From Octopus bimaculoides (lineage: Eukaryota), in NCBI RefSeq assembly GCF_001194135.2, contig NC_068987.1:69918235-69982234 (forward strand): a DNA stretch of 64,000 bases, written 5' to 3'. Of this stretch, positions 50,059-63,504 are shown piece by piece; position 1 is the stretch's first letter; each line of letters begins with the position of its first letter. The position numbers and the translations under genes were made by a program. Under the pieces are notes generated by a model. It saw nothing but the letters and a program-made list of their open reading frames with translations, was not told where the DNA came from and ran no database searches.

Positions 50059-50722
50059 TATAGGCGCAGGAATGGCTATGTGGTAAGTAGCTTGTTTACC
50101 AACCACATGGTTCCGGGTTCAGTCCCACTGCGTGGTACCTTGGGCAAGTGCTTTCTACTATAGCCTCGGGCCGACAAAAGCCTTGTGAGTGGATTTAAAT
50201 AGATAATAAATGCGCCCTTTTAAAGCCTAGCCAGGCTCATGGGCCGGTTTCCCGGTTTCAATGGCGTATGTGTTCCCCAGCTGGACGGGACGACAGTCCA
50301 TCGCAGCGTTACTCATTTTTGCCACCTGAGTGGACTGGAGCAACGCGTTGCCCGGTCCAGGAATCGAAACCACAATCTTACGATCATGGTGCTGACATCC
50401 TAACCACTAAGCCACGCGCCTCCACTGTGATGGATTTGGTTGACGGAAACTGAAAGAAGCCTGTCGTGTATATCTGCATATATATGTGTGTATCTTTATC
50501 TGTGTGTATATATGCTTGTGTGTGTGTTTGTCCCCTTCCATCGCTTGTCAACCAATGCTGGTGTGTTTACATCCCCGTAATTTAGCGGTTCAGCAAAAGG
50601 TACCGATGGTATAAGTACTAGGCTTGCAAATAATAAGTCCTGGGGTCGATTTCTTCGATTAAGAGCGGTGCTCCAGCATGGCCACAATCAAATGACTGAA
50701 GCAAATAGAAGTGTAAAAGAGT
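50059..50722 (+). mobile_element. tRNA-SINE family A (CORE-like ACCTTGGGCAAGT), interrupted by a SINE at 50197-50425
   Basis: Head TATAGGCGCAGGAATGGCT.TGTGGTAAG, B box GGGTTCAGTCCC; the body resumes at 50426 and ends in the family A tail. Confidence 0.88.
50197..50425 (-). mobile_element. tRNA-SINE with family C-like head and Meta-domain-like body, nested in SINE A
   Basis: Reverse complement reads GTGGAGGCGCGTGGCTTAGTGGTTAGG...GGTTTCGATTCCTGG...GCTGCGATGGACTGTCGTCCCGTCCAG...GAAACCGGG. TSD is TGTGAGTGGATTT (50184-50196) and TGTGA-TGGATTT (50426-50437). Confidence 0.8.
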
Positions 50723-50744
50723 AATATATATATATGTATATCTT

Positions 50745-50875
50745 TGTGTATCTGTTTTTGAGATTTGTCTTTGGCCTCACACCGGATTACAACCGATGCT
50801 GGTTTGTTTACGCCCCCGTCTCTGGTGGTGCGGCAAAATATATCAATGTAATAAGAACCAATCTTCCTGTAAGCA
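50745..50875 (+). mobile_element. SINE family A internal fragment
   Basis: TTACAACCGATGCTGGTTTGTTTACGCCCCCG...GGCAAAA...AATAAG. Confidence 0.6.
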
Positions 50876-51669
50876 CTGAAGTCGACTAATTCTACGTAGC
50901 GACGCAATCCAAGGGAACAAGAAATCCAGTTTAATCAGTTGTTCATATTTCTTGGGAATATCTATTGTAGATTTTTCAGTTTGGAATCAAGAAAAATTGT
51001 TAAAAGTGTAAACATAGATTTGGTTAGTTTCTATGTTGCAAATCACTTTCTTTTTATTATGATAGAGTCTGATGTCTATTCATACTTTTTCAGTTATGTC
51101 ACTATTGTTCTTTTGAAATATGAATGTTTTTTTAAATTTTTGTTTTCGTTTTGCTTTGTGCGTTTGATATATATCCTTAATATTATAGATACGATATCAA
51201 TTGCCAATAATTCCCATAACCAGTATTGTGTGACGTTATCTAAAGCTCTCTCACGATAAATCCATGACAGGATTGGATTGCTTTCTGTTCTCTTAACTTC
51301 GAACGTGTTCGATAAACCAGTTTTTTCTTTACATCCATATAGGGGTGGCTAAAGCTCCTTGTTATCCTTAGGTAAAATATTATCCTGTGATTTTCCGTTG
51401 AATTGTTGAAGAATATAAATATATTGTCGCACATTCTTGACAGGCCAGTTTTCGTTTTGTCCTTTGCTTTCAAGTTTAACTATTTATTTCCTTTTGCATG
51501 TGAAACAGTTTCCTGTCCATTAAATGAATGTTTATTGTAAGCTCGCTGCAAAATCATTGCGTTAACGCGCTAAATATGTCAAACAGCAAGTATATCACAT
51601 TTTCTTATTATCATTTTACTCTAGTATGAGAGTTGCAAACCTGGGCTGGCCGCACCTCTGTGAAAAGTA

Positions 51670-51796
51670 CAGGGTGTCCACAAAGTCTGGGTACATGGGG
51701 ATTAACACATACTTTAAGAAATTATTATTTCTTATATTTAATTGTTTATGTTATGATTTTATTTACTCCTTGTACCCAGACCTTCTGGACACACTG
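51670..51796. mobile_element. 127-bp Tc1/mariner-type MITE with TA TSD
   Basis: TA|CAGGGTGTCCACAAAGTCTGGGTACA ... TGTACCCAGACCTTCTGGACACACTG|TA; 26-bp TIRs with about 3 mismatches. Confidence 0.85.
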
Positions 51797-51987
51797 TAGA
51801 TTGTATTTCGACTTATGCGACAACGAGGAAAAATATATATTCTTATACAATCGAATTTCAGATTAAAATTATTAACAAACTATTAAAAACAACTTCTCTT
51901 AATGAGCATACCAGGTACTTCTTAATTCTACATATGTAAATTTGACATATAACCAAGAATTGTAAGCATTCTATTTGCAATGCTGAA

Positions 51988-52141
51988 CTTACGAGTAGCG
52001 GTTTTCGGTTCTCTCTTTTCAATCAAGATATCATTTTGGAATCATTTGAATCCGAAGGCAAATCTGCGGATCACCACCAGCAAGAAATATCCGCATTTTG
52101 ATAAGGACGTGAATGAAAATGAAAATCAAAGAAGCCATTAA
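51988..52141 (+). pseudogene. hAT (Buster/Charlie-type) transposase C-terminal remnant
   Basis: YE*RFSVL...SRY (fs) LNPKANLRITTSKKYPHFDK...NQRSH* resembles CE.GFS.L..KSKYR..L..E.DLR..S...P.F......Q.SH*. Confidence 0.5.
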
Positions 52142-52774
52142 ATTATGCGTTCACGCGTTTCATAATCGCAGAGTTTACATGCGCATTTTATAGTGAGATA
52201 AATTGTATCTCTTTCTTTTGAAAATAATTCAAATTTGATCACTGTGTGTGTGGCTCAATTAAAAACAGAAAATGTTTTAAAATTTACATTTCGTCATCGA
52301 AATCTGTATCAATTTTTTATTGGGTGTATTGTTTTTAATAGGTACAGTAAAATTTTAATATATTAAAAACTTCCGTTTATGACAGTCAAGATATCTCATT
52401 TTCTTGTTTCAGTTACTATTTATGTATTTCTCTATGACCTTTCAAAATATTCGTTTGGTATACTGTACAAGATATAAATATATTTTAAGAAATATTGCCA
52501 TTTTTTGATGCAGAGGCATTAAGAATTCTAATCCTCACCTCTACACTGTTATCTATTTTAGAAATGAATATTGGACAGAGACAGACAGACAGAGAGAAAT
52601 AGAGAAAGTGAGTGAGTGACAAACACACAGTGAGAGAGAATGAGAGATGGAGTGACAGATAGTGAGCCAGAAAAAGAGAGAGCAAGAGCGAAGAACGTAA
52701 GAGCTACAAATTAGCATAAATTGCAATGAATAAAGGTTTCAAATTTAAGAACAAGGTTAGCAAATTTGGAAGAG

Positions 52775-53088
52775 TGAGTAAGTCGATTATTTCTACCCCC
52801 GTGCTCGACTGGCGCTTATTTTCTTGAAATCGAAAGGATGAAAGGCAAAAATCACCATCGGTGGAAATCAGAACGTAACGATGAACGAAATATAGCTTAA
52901 GAATTTTGCTTGGTGTGCTAAAGATTCTTATTTGTTTATTACCCACAAGGGGCTAAACATAGAGGGGACATGCAAGGACAGACAAATGGATTAAACCGAC
53001 CCCAGTGCGTACTTTGAACTCAGAACGTAACAACAGACGAAATACCGCTAAGCGTTACGCCCGGCGCCCAAACGATTCTGCTAGCTCT
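52775..53088 (-). mobile_element. Two adjacent tRNA-SINE family B copies
   Basis: 52775-52930 has GAAAGGATGAAAGGCAAA...CAGAACGTAACG...GCTAAAGATTCT. 52931-53088 has TTTGAACTCAGAACGTAA...GACGAAATACCGCTAAGCG...AACGATTCTGCTAGCTC. Confidence 0.75.
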
Positions 53089-53263
53089 CAACTTGTAAAT
53101 TACAATAAATAATATAAACTGAAATATAAAATGGAATTCCGAGAAATAGAAAATAACCAGTTGACATAGTGAATTTTGTTACATATAAAACACTAGTTGT
53201 ACTAAGAAGAACAAGTATGCGCACAAATATATAAAACAAAAAAAACATACATAGACACATATG

Positions 53264-53320
<57 letters not shown>

Positions 53321-54514
53321 TTAATATATAAGCATACATAGAGAATTATACATACACACACATATACATGTGTATGTATGTATGCATGTATGTATGACAC
53401 ACGCATTGATGTGAATATATCGTTGAATTAATATAAACGCAACTAAAGGAGAAAACTTTAGTCGACATTAGGAACATTAGATAATTTTTATCCCTTCTTT
53501 CTTTCTATATCTCCTTCCAATTTTCACACTTTCTTTGTTTTTGTTTCTGTTTTAATCAAGAGAGATACTCTATTAAATCTTTATCATATAATCATCAGCC
53601 GAATTCATAGAGCTTTCCTGCTTTTAGATGGATTCTGTTTCTATATCTCCAACAATTTCTGCCATCTTCTGCATCATGCTTCCACAACGTTGGACTGATA
53701 AAACAGCAAAGTGAATGGAAAAGTTAGAACTGGAGGGAGAGTGACAGATATATATGTATGTATGTATGTATGTATACATATATGTATGTATTGAGGGAGA
53801 GAGAGAAAGAAAGACAGAGAAAAGTTGGGAGAAAGCTAGAGATAAAATGTGATAGAGAGGGAGAGAGATACAGACACTTGATAGAAATTGAAAATCTGAG
53901 AGATAGAGGGTTGAAGAAAATGTGAGTGAGAGACATTTTACACAGAACGTGGTGTTTTCTCTATCAACGGGAAAATAAAAGAGAGAAGAATATATAGAGC
54001 GATAGATACAGGGAGACAGATAGAGTGAGAAAGGGAGAGGTTTTAGATAGACAAACAAATAGAAAAGAGAGTAAATACATCTGTTGAGAGAAAATAAAGC
54101 AATTGAAAGTATAGAGTGTAAAGGGAGATAGTTGAGAGAAAAGAAGAGTTTTAAGCTGTAAAGTAGGAATGGAATATATGAATAAACGAACAAGAAAAGG
54201 AGAGTAATTGAGAACGACTAAGAGCGAGGAAAAGATATAGAAGGTGCAGAAAAGAGACAGATATCGGTAGAGAGAGAGAGAGAGAGAGAGGAAGGGAGAG
54301 ACCGAGAGAGAAAGAGAGAGACAGAGAGAGACAGGGAGAAAAAGAAAGTAATAAAGAAAACATTGTTGACGTGGGCTTAGAGAAAGTTGCAGTAGAATTG
54401 TGGTGGGGGTACATAAGCATGTGGTGGATGAGAAATACAAGATACAGTTACACCCCCGAAACATACACACATATATGCATACATAAATACATACATATAT
54501 ACATACATACATGC

Positions 54515-54557
<43 letters not shown>

Positions 54558-55569
54558 NNNNNNNNNNNNNNNNNNNNNNNNNNNNNNNNNNNNNNNNNNN
54601 NNNNNNNNNNNNNNNNNNNNNNNNNNNNNATATGTATGTATGTATGTGTGTGTGCGTGTGTCTGTGTGTGTGTGTGCGTCTGTGCGTATGTGTACGTATG
54701 TATATCTATGTATATATGAAGATAGAGATAGAAGAGAGAGAGTGAGAGTTAGAGAGACTGGTGTCATGACAGTGAGGGGAGTGAGGGCATGCGCGCGTGA
54801 GTGTGAGTGAGAATTTGGAAACCGTTAGCTGGAAGCGCCTACACAAAGGAAACAAAATAGAAACAAATAACACAAAAATATAGTAAAAGTACTTCAAATA
54901 TAAACCGATTATAAAGACTTAATTTAGATATTTCAACCTTCTGTTTCTTTTTTCTCTTTATTTTTGCAAATTAGCTTAGAGATTTCAATTATAAAGTATC
55001 CAAACACTAATAGCTTAGCGTAGCATTTCTTCAAGCATATGGTTCTTAAATTCTAAGACTGAGAGAATGTTACGTGTTTGGGGAGAAGGAGTTGAAAGAA
55101 AGTGGTTGTGTGCAAAAGTATGACTTTAAATGTATGACAGTAATGAAACCTAACCTATACTATTTTATGAAAATGTTTCATTATGACTGTTAGCGGATGA
55201 AGATAAAATATTTGATAAAAGTAGTAACAGTTGCAGATTTGAATTTTTTTTTTGTTTTTTTGTTTTTGACCATGGTGATATAAATTTAAAACATCGATTC
55301 TAATACAGTTTGAACCCAGCACGTAAATGGATGTAATAGTGTTTCATGATTTAGATAAAAAGACAGTCAATGGAACTAACGTTGATACATTGGAGGATTT
55401 GGACTGGTATTGTACTATATATACTCCTCAAGGAGGATTGATGGTTTTGGCCCCGGTCTGATTCGAACTCAGACACCAAAGGGCTAAAACAAATAGTGCA
55501 AATCACCTTTCTCTTCGAAATAGCTGTAAAAGTGGCTTCAATTTTTTGCACTAGGGCAGCAAGTTCGAA

Positions 55570-55683
55570 ATGATAAAAAGACAAAATCGACCTCGGCAGG
55601 ATTTGAACTCAGAACGTAAAATCGGACTAAATGCAATGTTGCATTTTGTCCGGCGTGATAACGATTCTGTCACTTCGCCACCT
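55570..55683 (-). mobile_element. tRNA-SINE family B
   Basis: AAATCGACCTCGGCAGGATTTGAACTCAGAACGTAA...GCATTTTGTCCGGCGTGATAACGATTCTGTCACTTCGCC. Confidence 0.8.
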
Positions 55684-56335
55684 TAGAAATGTCTCTGATA
55701 TTGCAATATACGATAACACTGTCACGATAATGATTTTTAACAGAGATACTAGTCCAGATATTTTATTGTTAGCTGGGTTCCATTTAATAATTATTTTGCT
55801 GATTCTTCTTCTATCGACGTTGGATAAAATTTCAGTCAGGTGGGAAGGCAGTTCCCACGAAAATTAGTAGTCTTTTGGAACTGGAAAGAAGAAGAGTAAG
55901 ACCACATTGTCCGCAAACCAGGTACTTGCTACGAATGCTCGCAACAGACTAAACACTAGTTAAGACAGTCTAGGTGTGAATTAGAATATACACTACAACA
56001 CCGTATAGCAAAGCAAATCACACCACAATTAGCATACAATACATACCACATACCATACCAAGACATACCACATTCAACTCGATACACTAAACAATATGTA
56101 AAGTAATTTAATGGACCTCCGTCTATTCAGATGAGTAGGGGACTTCAACATGTTAGCTAAACTGAATTAGTGTATGGATGGCTGGGTATTCCACAGTCAT
56201 AGTTTTAACATAATTATCAAGTAGCATGAAAGTGATACAATGCGTGACAAAGCTCTAGGTCTTAATTATATGTACAAAGCATTCGAGGGCTTTCTATTCA
56301 GTTTTCTTCTATGTAATATTACTTACAAGGCGCAG

Positions 56336-56522
56336 GGCGGCGAGCTGGCAGAATAGTTAACATGCCGGACAAAATGCTTCGCGACATTTTGCCTGTCTTC
56401 ACGTTCTGAGTTCAAATCCCGCGAGCTTGACTTTGTCTTTCATACTTGTCGGGGTCAATAAAACAAGTACTAATTACATAAGCCTCTTCCCCAAAAGTAT
56501 GGCCTTGTACCAAAATTTACGA
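56336..56522 (+). mobile_element. tRNA-SINE family B, near complete
   Basis: GGCGGCGAGCTGGCAGAATAGTTAAC (A box)...CTGAGTTCAAATCCC (B box)...GGGGTCAATAAAACAAGTAC...GGCCTTGTACCAAAAT. Confidence 0.85.
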
Positions 56523-57371
56523 CTAATATTACTCACAATGCTTGGGCTGATCCGAGGTAATTGTAGCAAACATCCCTCCACCCACGACAATTTTTACGAC
56601 CTTGTCATTGCGAAGCGACATTCTTAAATTTTCGGTAATGTAGCGTATACACTATGCGTAATATAAACCTTCAGCCTTTTGACCCTCTGTGTAGCCATTT
56701 GAGCTGCTATAGCCAAATATCCCAGAGCTACTTAAAAAGGACAGGACATTTTGTGATACACTATGAATTAATAATTCGTGGATGGCCTCTTCTGGAACGC
56801 TTTCATCATAGGTTTCCTTAAACATTGTTCACACGCAGCTAAACAACAACCAGTTTCAACTATTCACCAAAACTACTCTTTGACAAAACACGCTGTATCA
56901 ACTGCGCAACGTATCATACAATAGACCTGCTTAGCAAGGGTTGACCCGAGGCAAAACAAGAACAAACCCGGCAAGAATGAATGGCAAAGTCAATAGAAGC
57001 TGGATTTGAATAAAGAGCGAAGCGAAATGTAACCAAATACCGGAAGGTATTTTCGCTGTCGTTTTCCCGATACTTCCTTCCATCGCCTCCCATGGTATGA
57101 ACGGTATTTTTTTTTTCATTTGCCACTTGGACAACACAAATGCAACAACATATTCATATAAACTGGAGAAGACAAACACTTTGGGGGTGTATATATTCGG
57201 ATAAAAATTATAAAATGGACAACGTAAATAAACAGTTTAATATTTATACACCTATACACATATGCACGCAAACATGCTTACACATATATGCTTTCATGCA
57301 TACATATGCCTAATATGTACACTAACACATATGTGTCTGTGTATGTATATGTACATAGACTTACATATACT

Positions 57372-57790
57372 TATAGGCGTAGGAGTGACTGTGTGGTAAG
57401 TAGCTTGCTTACCAACCACATGGTTCCGTGTTCAGTCCCACTGCGTGGCACCTTGGGCAAGTGTCTTCTACTATAGCCTCGGGACGACCAAAGCCTTGTG
57501 ACTGGATTTGGTAGACGGAAATTGAAAGAAGCCTGTCTTATATATGTATATATATGTATGTGTGTGTATATGTTTGAGTGTCTGTGTTTGTCCCCCCCCC
57601 CCCCAACATCGCTTGACAACCGATGCTGGTGTGTTTACGTCCCCGTAACTTAGCGGTTCGGCAAAAGAGACCAATAGAATAAGTACTAGGCTTACAAAGA
57701 ATAAGTCCTGGGATCGATTTGCTCGACTAAAGGTGGTGCTCCAGCATGGTCGCAGTCAAATGATTGAAACAACTAAAAGAGTAAAAAAAG
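57372..57790 (+). mobile_element. tRNA-SINE family A, best full-length copy (CORE-like, CR1-like tail)
   Basis: TATAGGCGTAGGAGTGACTGTGTGGTAAG...GTTCAGTCCCACTGCGTGGCACCTTGGGCAAGTG...AAGGTGGTGCTCCAGCATGGTCGCAGTCAAATGATTGAAACAACTAAAAGAG. ACCTTGGGCAAGT resembles the start of the CORE domain; an octopus CORE-SINE (OR2) has been reported, but identity with it is not verified. Confidence 0.9.
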
Positions 57791-60586
57791 AGTATACATC
57801 CAACCTTCATCCATCCACGGAATCATACCTACATCCACATATAAAGGGAGAGGCACAATTCCCTTTAACAAATAGATAACTAGACGCGCGGGCGCACACA
57901 TGTCTATGTGTAAGAATATGGTTAATTTCAAGGTTGTTGATCGATTCTGGTGAGTTGTATTCTCCAGTTTTGTCCTTATTTTACGAGTGTTCAGGTTTAC
58001 ACACCGGTAACATGCACAAGCTAAATGCTCACGTAACCTTATTTTCTTCCACCTGTCACAATCTGGATTCTCTGCTGCTTTCCGTGTTTTGAGGGCTGAA
58101 TGTGAGTGTGTCAATGTGTGTGTGTGCGTGCGTGTGTGTGTGTGTTTGTGTTTGTGTGTATGTGCATGTGTGTGTGTGTGTGTGTGTGATCGTGAATATA
58201 TAGACACTTAAAAGAATTATGCAACTCATGATAGCTATTCCCAAGTCCCCCTCGATTGCACGTGACGGCCGTAGTACACATACATGTGCCTGTGTTTTTG
58301 AATGTGTGTTTGTGTGTATGCTTATGTATGTTTGTATATATTACACAAGGTGAACAGATCAGGTGTTGAGTTTGGAGTGCGACTAATGTGCAAAATTAAA
58401 AAAATATTAGTAATGTGCTATATTTTTTTCCTTTAATAAATTTAAGGAAATAATATGTAAGTTATGTTGCTGGAAGCAAAGACATCGGCAACAACAGCGA
58501 AAAAGGAATCCAAGATATAAATGGTTAGTGCTCTTGCAATAAAAATACAAATCACTGTGACGTCGAAAAGAGTGGATCCAAAGTGTTTCTGGTATGCAAG
58601 ATATATGCCTCCTTCAGGACACCCCACACAAGAATTCGGGAGGAAATGTCTGTTATTGGTTTGTGTGTGTGCACACTTATCTATGTGTAAGAATATATGA
58701 TTTCTTCAGCACACTCCACATAGGAAGCAATGGAGATGCAGCACGGAATCTTTAACAAAGTACCTTCTGCAGAATTACACCAGCTGAAGGGAGGCCCTAG
58801 TCTTGAACCAAGAATTATTAATTATAAAAAGAATGATAAATATATATTTGTATATGCACACATATACATACACTCTTTCTCGTACATAGGTGCACACAAT
58901 CATTTATCCAGAAACACATTTCTATGCGTATTCAGACGCAGGTGCGCGCGCACACACAGTCATTTATGTGCGTGTGTGTGTATGTGTGTATGCGTGTGCA
59001 AATGACAGAATGAGTGTGACAACTATGTAGAAATAGTAAAATATCAATGTAGTGTGTTTGTGAAAAGTTTTGCCGTTTACTATGTGTGCGTCCGTGTTTG
59101 ATGATATGTATGAATTTATGCATTTATTTATGTATTTATGTACGTATTTATGAGTTTATATCTGTGTATGTATGTGTATTTGTGTGTGTCAGTCAACTGA
59201 TAGGTTAAAATTAACATCGCCATCTTGACAATAGAATACATGTTTACGATTGCAATCGTAATACTAGAAGTGGAATTAGCCAACCAGCTGGTATATACTG
59301 TCTTCTTTTCTAAAAAAGACACAGTTCACTGCTTTACCCGCAAGACCATTGACACGGAGTAAAACGGTTCAAGAACCGAGATATTAATATGATATTTGTA
59401 GAGCAGATCAGTAATACAACGATATTTTAACCTCTAACGGTCTAGGGAATCTCAGCAACATTAGATGCAGCATCAACTCGAAAAATTCATTCAGTAACTT
59501 ACAGAGACATGAAATAACATGCGAGCTTGTACAAGTATATCCGAACACATGCATAATGATGTTTTCTGACAAAAGTCTTTTGATCTGTTCATAGGCTCTA
59601 CTGCATTGACATGTGATATGAATTTATGTCGTATGTCTGACAGGAAATGAAATAGAAATGTATGATGGAACAGCGTGTGTACGTTTTATAACTTTCCAAG
59701 GGGCATTGAAGATATAGTCTGTAGGAGAAGCTTGACGAGGAAGTATTTTTAATAGTTTATGGAGATTTAGTTTATGGGAGTTTAGAATTTATAAGTTATT
59801 AATGCCGTAACACGGCGAACAGTTTGAAAGGTTACTGATTGCAAACTGGCTCCAACGTTGTGTTTTATCCCTGAAGAAAGCATTTCACTTTTATCTAGGA
59901 ATAAGGCATTTAATTTGAGTCATCCACTTTAAATAAAACAATGCAAGTTTGATCACGATCCTAATAAAAAGCGTTGATTTTGAACACGGTGCAAACTTTA
60001 GTATCATATCAAAAATAACGCCAAGTAATTATAATAAACCTTTTAAATGGTGGACTTTTACTTATCTGTATTAATATTTATAAGCGCAACTTAGCATATT
60101 TTTGAATTTTTATCATATATCTATTCGTTAACAGTATAATTTTCATTAACTTTGCAAAATATATTATCTTTACACTTTATACCGTAGTAATATTATAATT
60201 CTTGCACACCAAACTTCGCAACTATTGTGTGTGAATTTCTTACGTCATTCTCTTAATTTTTAAAGTGAATATTTTCATTAGACATGATACTCAAAAGTCT
60301 CTTCTTTGGATTTAATTTGTGAATCAGTATTTGGGTCACCGATAGCTGTTTCATCATAAATCACTTTGATCTCTTTGTAATTTCAATTTCTTTTATAGCA
60401 TTACTAGTGACTCGCATCATCAAAACTGATGGGCATTTCTATCAGATTGCTTCAATTAATTTTCATTATCATTATAAAATTTCGACTTCATTTCCAATTT
60501 TTCCCCTGGGATCGTCTTTATGTCGCCTGCACTTTCTTTCCTCCACTATAGAAAAATGATCGAGTTAAAGAGAAAATATCAAATGC

Positions 60587-60622
<36 letters not shown>

Positions 60623-61972
60623 NNNNNNNNNNNNNNNNNNNNNNNNNNNNNNNNNNNNNNNNNNNNNNNNNNNNNNNNNNNNNNNNNNNNNNNNNNNNNN
60701 NNNNNNNNNNNNNNNNNNNNNNNNNNNNNNNNNNNNNNNNNNNNNNNNNNNNNNNNNNNNNNNNNNNNNNNNNNNNNNNNNNNNNNNNNNNNNNNNNNNN
60801 NNNNNNNNNNNNNNNNNNNNNNNNNNNNNNNNNNNNNNNNNNNNNNNNNNNNNNNNNNNNNNNNNNNNNNNNNNNNNNNNNNNNNNNNNNNNNNNNNNNN
60901 NNNNNNNNNNNNNNNNNNNNNNNNNNNNNNNNNNNNNNNNNNNNNNNNNNNNNNNNNNNNNNNNNNNNNNNNNNNNNNNNNNNNNNNNNNNNNNNNNNNN
61001 NNNNNNNNNNNNNNNNNNNNNNNNNNNNNNNNNNNNNNNNNNNNNNNNNNNNNNNNNNNNNNNNNNNNTATATATATATATATATATATGCATAGAAATT
61101 GAAATTATTTATTTGAGGTATTATGTGTTTGTTACGTAGAAGATAAAAAATCGTATTTGATTGACAATCTACTGAAATACTATGAATTGTGCTTACTGCA
61201 GTGTCTCTCTAGCCAGACAAATAAATGCCATAAGGTAAGAACATATTTCCAAGTAAAAGACAGCAATACTAAAAGTTGATAAGAGTACCTTTGTGTTTCA
61301 GTGTTGATTTGAAATATCTGTTTCCTTATGAATTTGAAAGGATTTGTCTCTCTAAAGGTGAATCATTATTTACGTCTATAAAAAAGAAATTCCAAAGCTG
61401 CTCCTGTAACCTAAAGTTTTGGGTTTCTTATATCTTTTTCTACGACAAATAATTTACAGCTTGAAAACTTGAAATAATTATCTCAAATATGCACTGGATA
61501 TGACGTCATATGAAAATAAACATAAGTGAATCTTCTACGGCATATGAGCATCGGGACATGAACAGCGCTTTATATATACGTTAATAGATTGGAAGACATT
61601 GAACGACATGCTTCGTATGTTACACATTTGTGATTTCATATTCAACAAATATTACTTTTATCATGCCACGAAGAATTCTACGAGTGGTTGCTCGAGTTGT
61701 CCAGAACAACAGCCAAATCTCTGTCAAATTTTCTATGAAAGACCAAAGGAGTTTTCTCTTCTTCATTAAAAACAAAATAACAGCTATAATGCACTTGTTC
61801 ATATGTTTGTTTGATCAGAAATGACCTGGGGCTGACCACAACAGAAAGGAATACAAGAGCTATTAGTTTCAGAGAAATGCCGAAATATGTGGCTGGCTTG
61901 ACAAAATATCTAGGAGTGTTTAGTATTCATCCTTTATATTCATCTGAAGTAAAATAAATACCATTCAAAATG

Positions 61973-62011
<39 letters not shown>

Positions 62012-62040
62012 ATGCATGTATGTATGTATGCACGTATAAA

Positions 62041-62085
<45 letters not shown>

Positions 62086-62397
62086 ACACACATACATCAG
62101 TTTAAGAGAAGAGGATAAAGCATTTTCTTAAGATACGTTAATTAAATTATAGGATTCGAAGTTTACAGTTCATATAACACCTGAAAGGATAACAAATCAA
62201 AGACTATTTATGGCAAAATATTTAAGGCTGAAACCTAGAATTAAAATCTATGATCATATGCATGCATAAACATTACAGTCCATCATTTATATAAACAAAT
62301 ATATTCCTACATTCATAAATACACATATATTTTTATGTACACGCGTACAAATCCGTATAAACACACTCATACCCGCACATTTACATATACATATGCG

Positions 62398-62472
<75 letters not shown>

Positions 62473-63504
62473 TTATCTATCTATCTATTTATCTGTATGT
62501 ATGTACGTATGTATATATATANNNNNNNNNNNNNNNNNNNNNNNNNNNNNNNNNNNNNNNNNNNNNNNNNNNNNNNNNNNNNNNNNNNNNNNNNNNNNNN
62601 NNNNNNNNNNNNNNNNNNNNNNNNNNNNNNNNNNNNNNNNNNNNNNNNNNNNNNNNNNNNNNNNNNNNNNNNNNNNNNNNNNNNNNNNNNNNNNNNNNNN
62701 NNNNNNNNNNNNNNNNNNNNNNNNNNNNNNNNNNNNNNNNNNNNNNNNNNNNNNNNNNNNNNNNNNNNNNNNNNNNNNNNNNNNNNNNNNNNNNNNNNNN
62801 NNNNNNNNNNNNNNNNNNNNNNNNNNNNNNNNNNNNNNNNNNNNNNNNNNNNNNNNNNNNNNNNNNNNNNNNNNNNNNNNNNNNNNNNNNNNNNNNNNNN
62901 NNNNNNNNNNNNNNNNNNNNNNNNNNNNNNNNNNNNNNNNNNNNNNNNNNNNNNNNNNNNNNNNNNNNNNNNNNNNNNNNNNNNNNNNNNNNNNNNNNNN
63001 NNNNNNNNNNNNNNNNNNNNNNNNNNNNNNNNNNNNNNNNNNNNNNNNNNNNNNNNNNNNNNNNNNNNNNNNNNNNNNNNNNNNNNNNNNNNNNNNNNNN
63101 NNNNNNNNNNNNNNNNNNNNNNNNNNNNNNNNNNNNNNNNNNNNNNNNNNNNNNNNNNNNNNNNNNNNNNNNNNNNNNNNNNNNNNNNNNNNNNNNNNNN
63201 NNNNNNNNNNNNNNNNNNNNNNNNNNNNNNNNNNNNNNNNNNNNNNNNNNNNNNNNNNNNNNNNNNNNNNNNNNNNNNNNNNNNNNNNNNNNNNNNNNNN
63301 NNNNNNNNNNNNNNNNNNNNNNNNNNNNNNNNNNNNNNNNNNNNNNNNNNNNNNNNNNNNNNNNNNNNNNNNNNNNNNNNNNNNNNNNNNNNNNNNNNNN
63401 NNNNNNNNNNNNNNNNNNNNNNNNNNNNNNNNNNNNNNNNNNNNNNNNNNNNNNNNNNNNNNNNNNNNNNATATATATATATATGTTATATATATATATA
63501 TAGT

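Noticed and set aside
60180-60530. Possible very old mariner remnant on the minus strand (LIHKLNPKKRLLSI, PISFDD)
   Set aside because: Too degenerate to support by eye.
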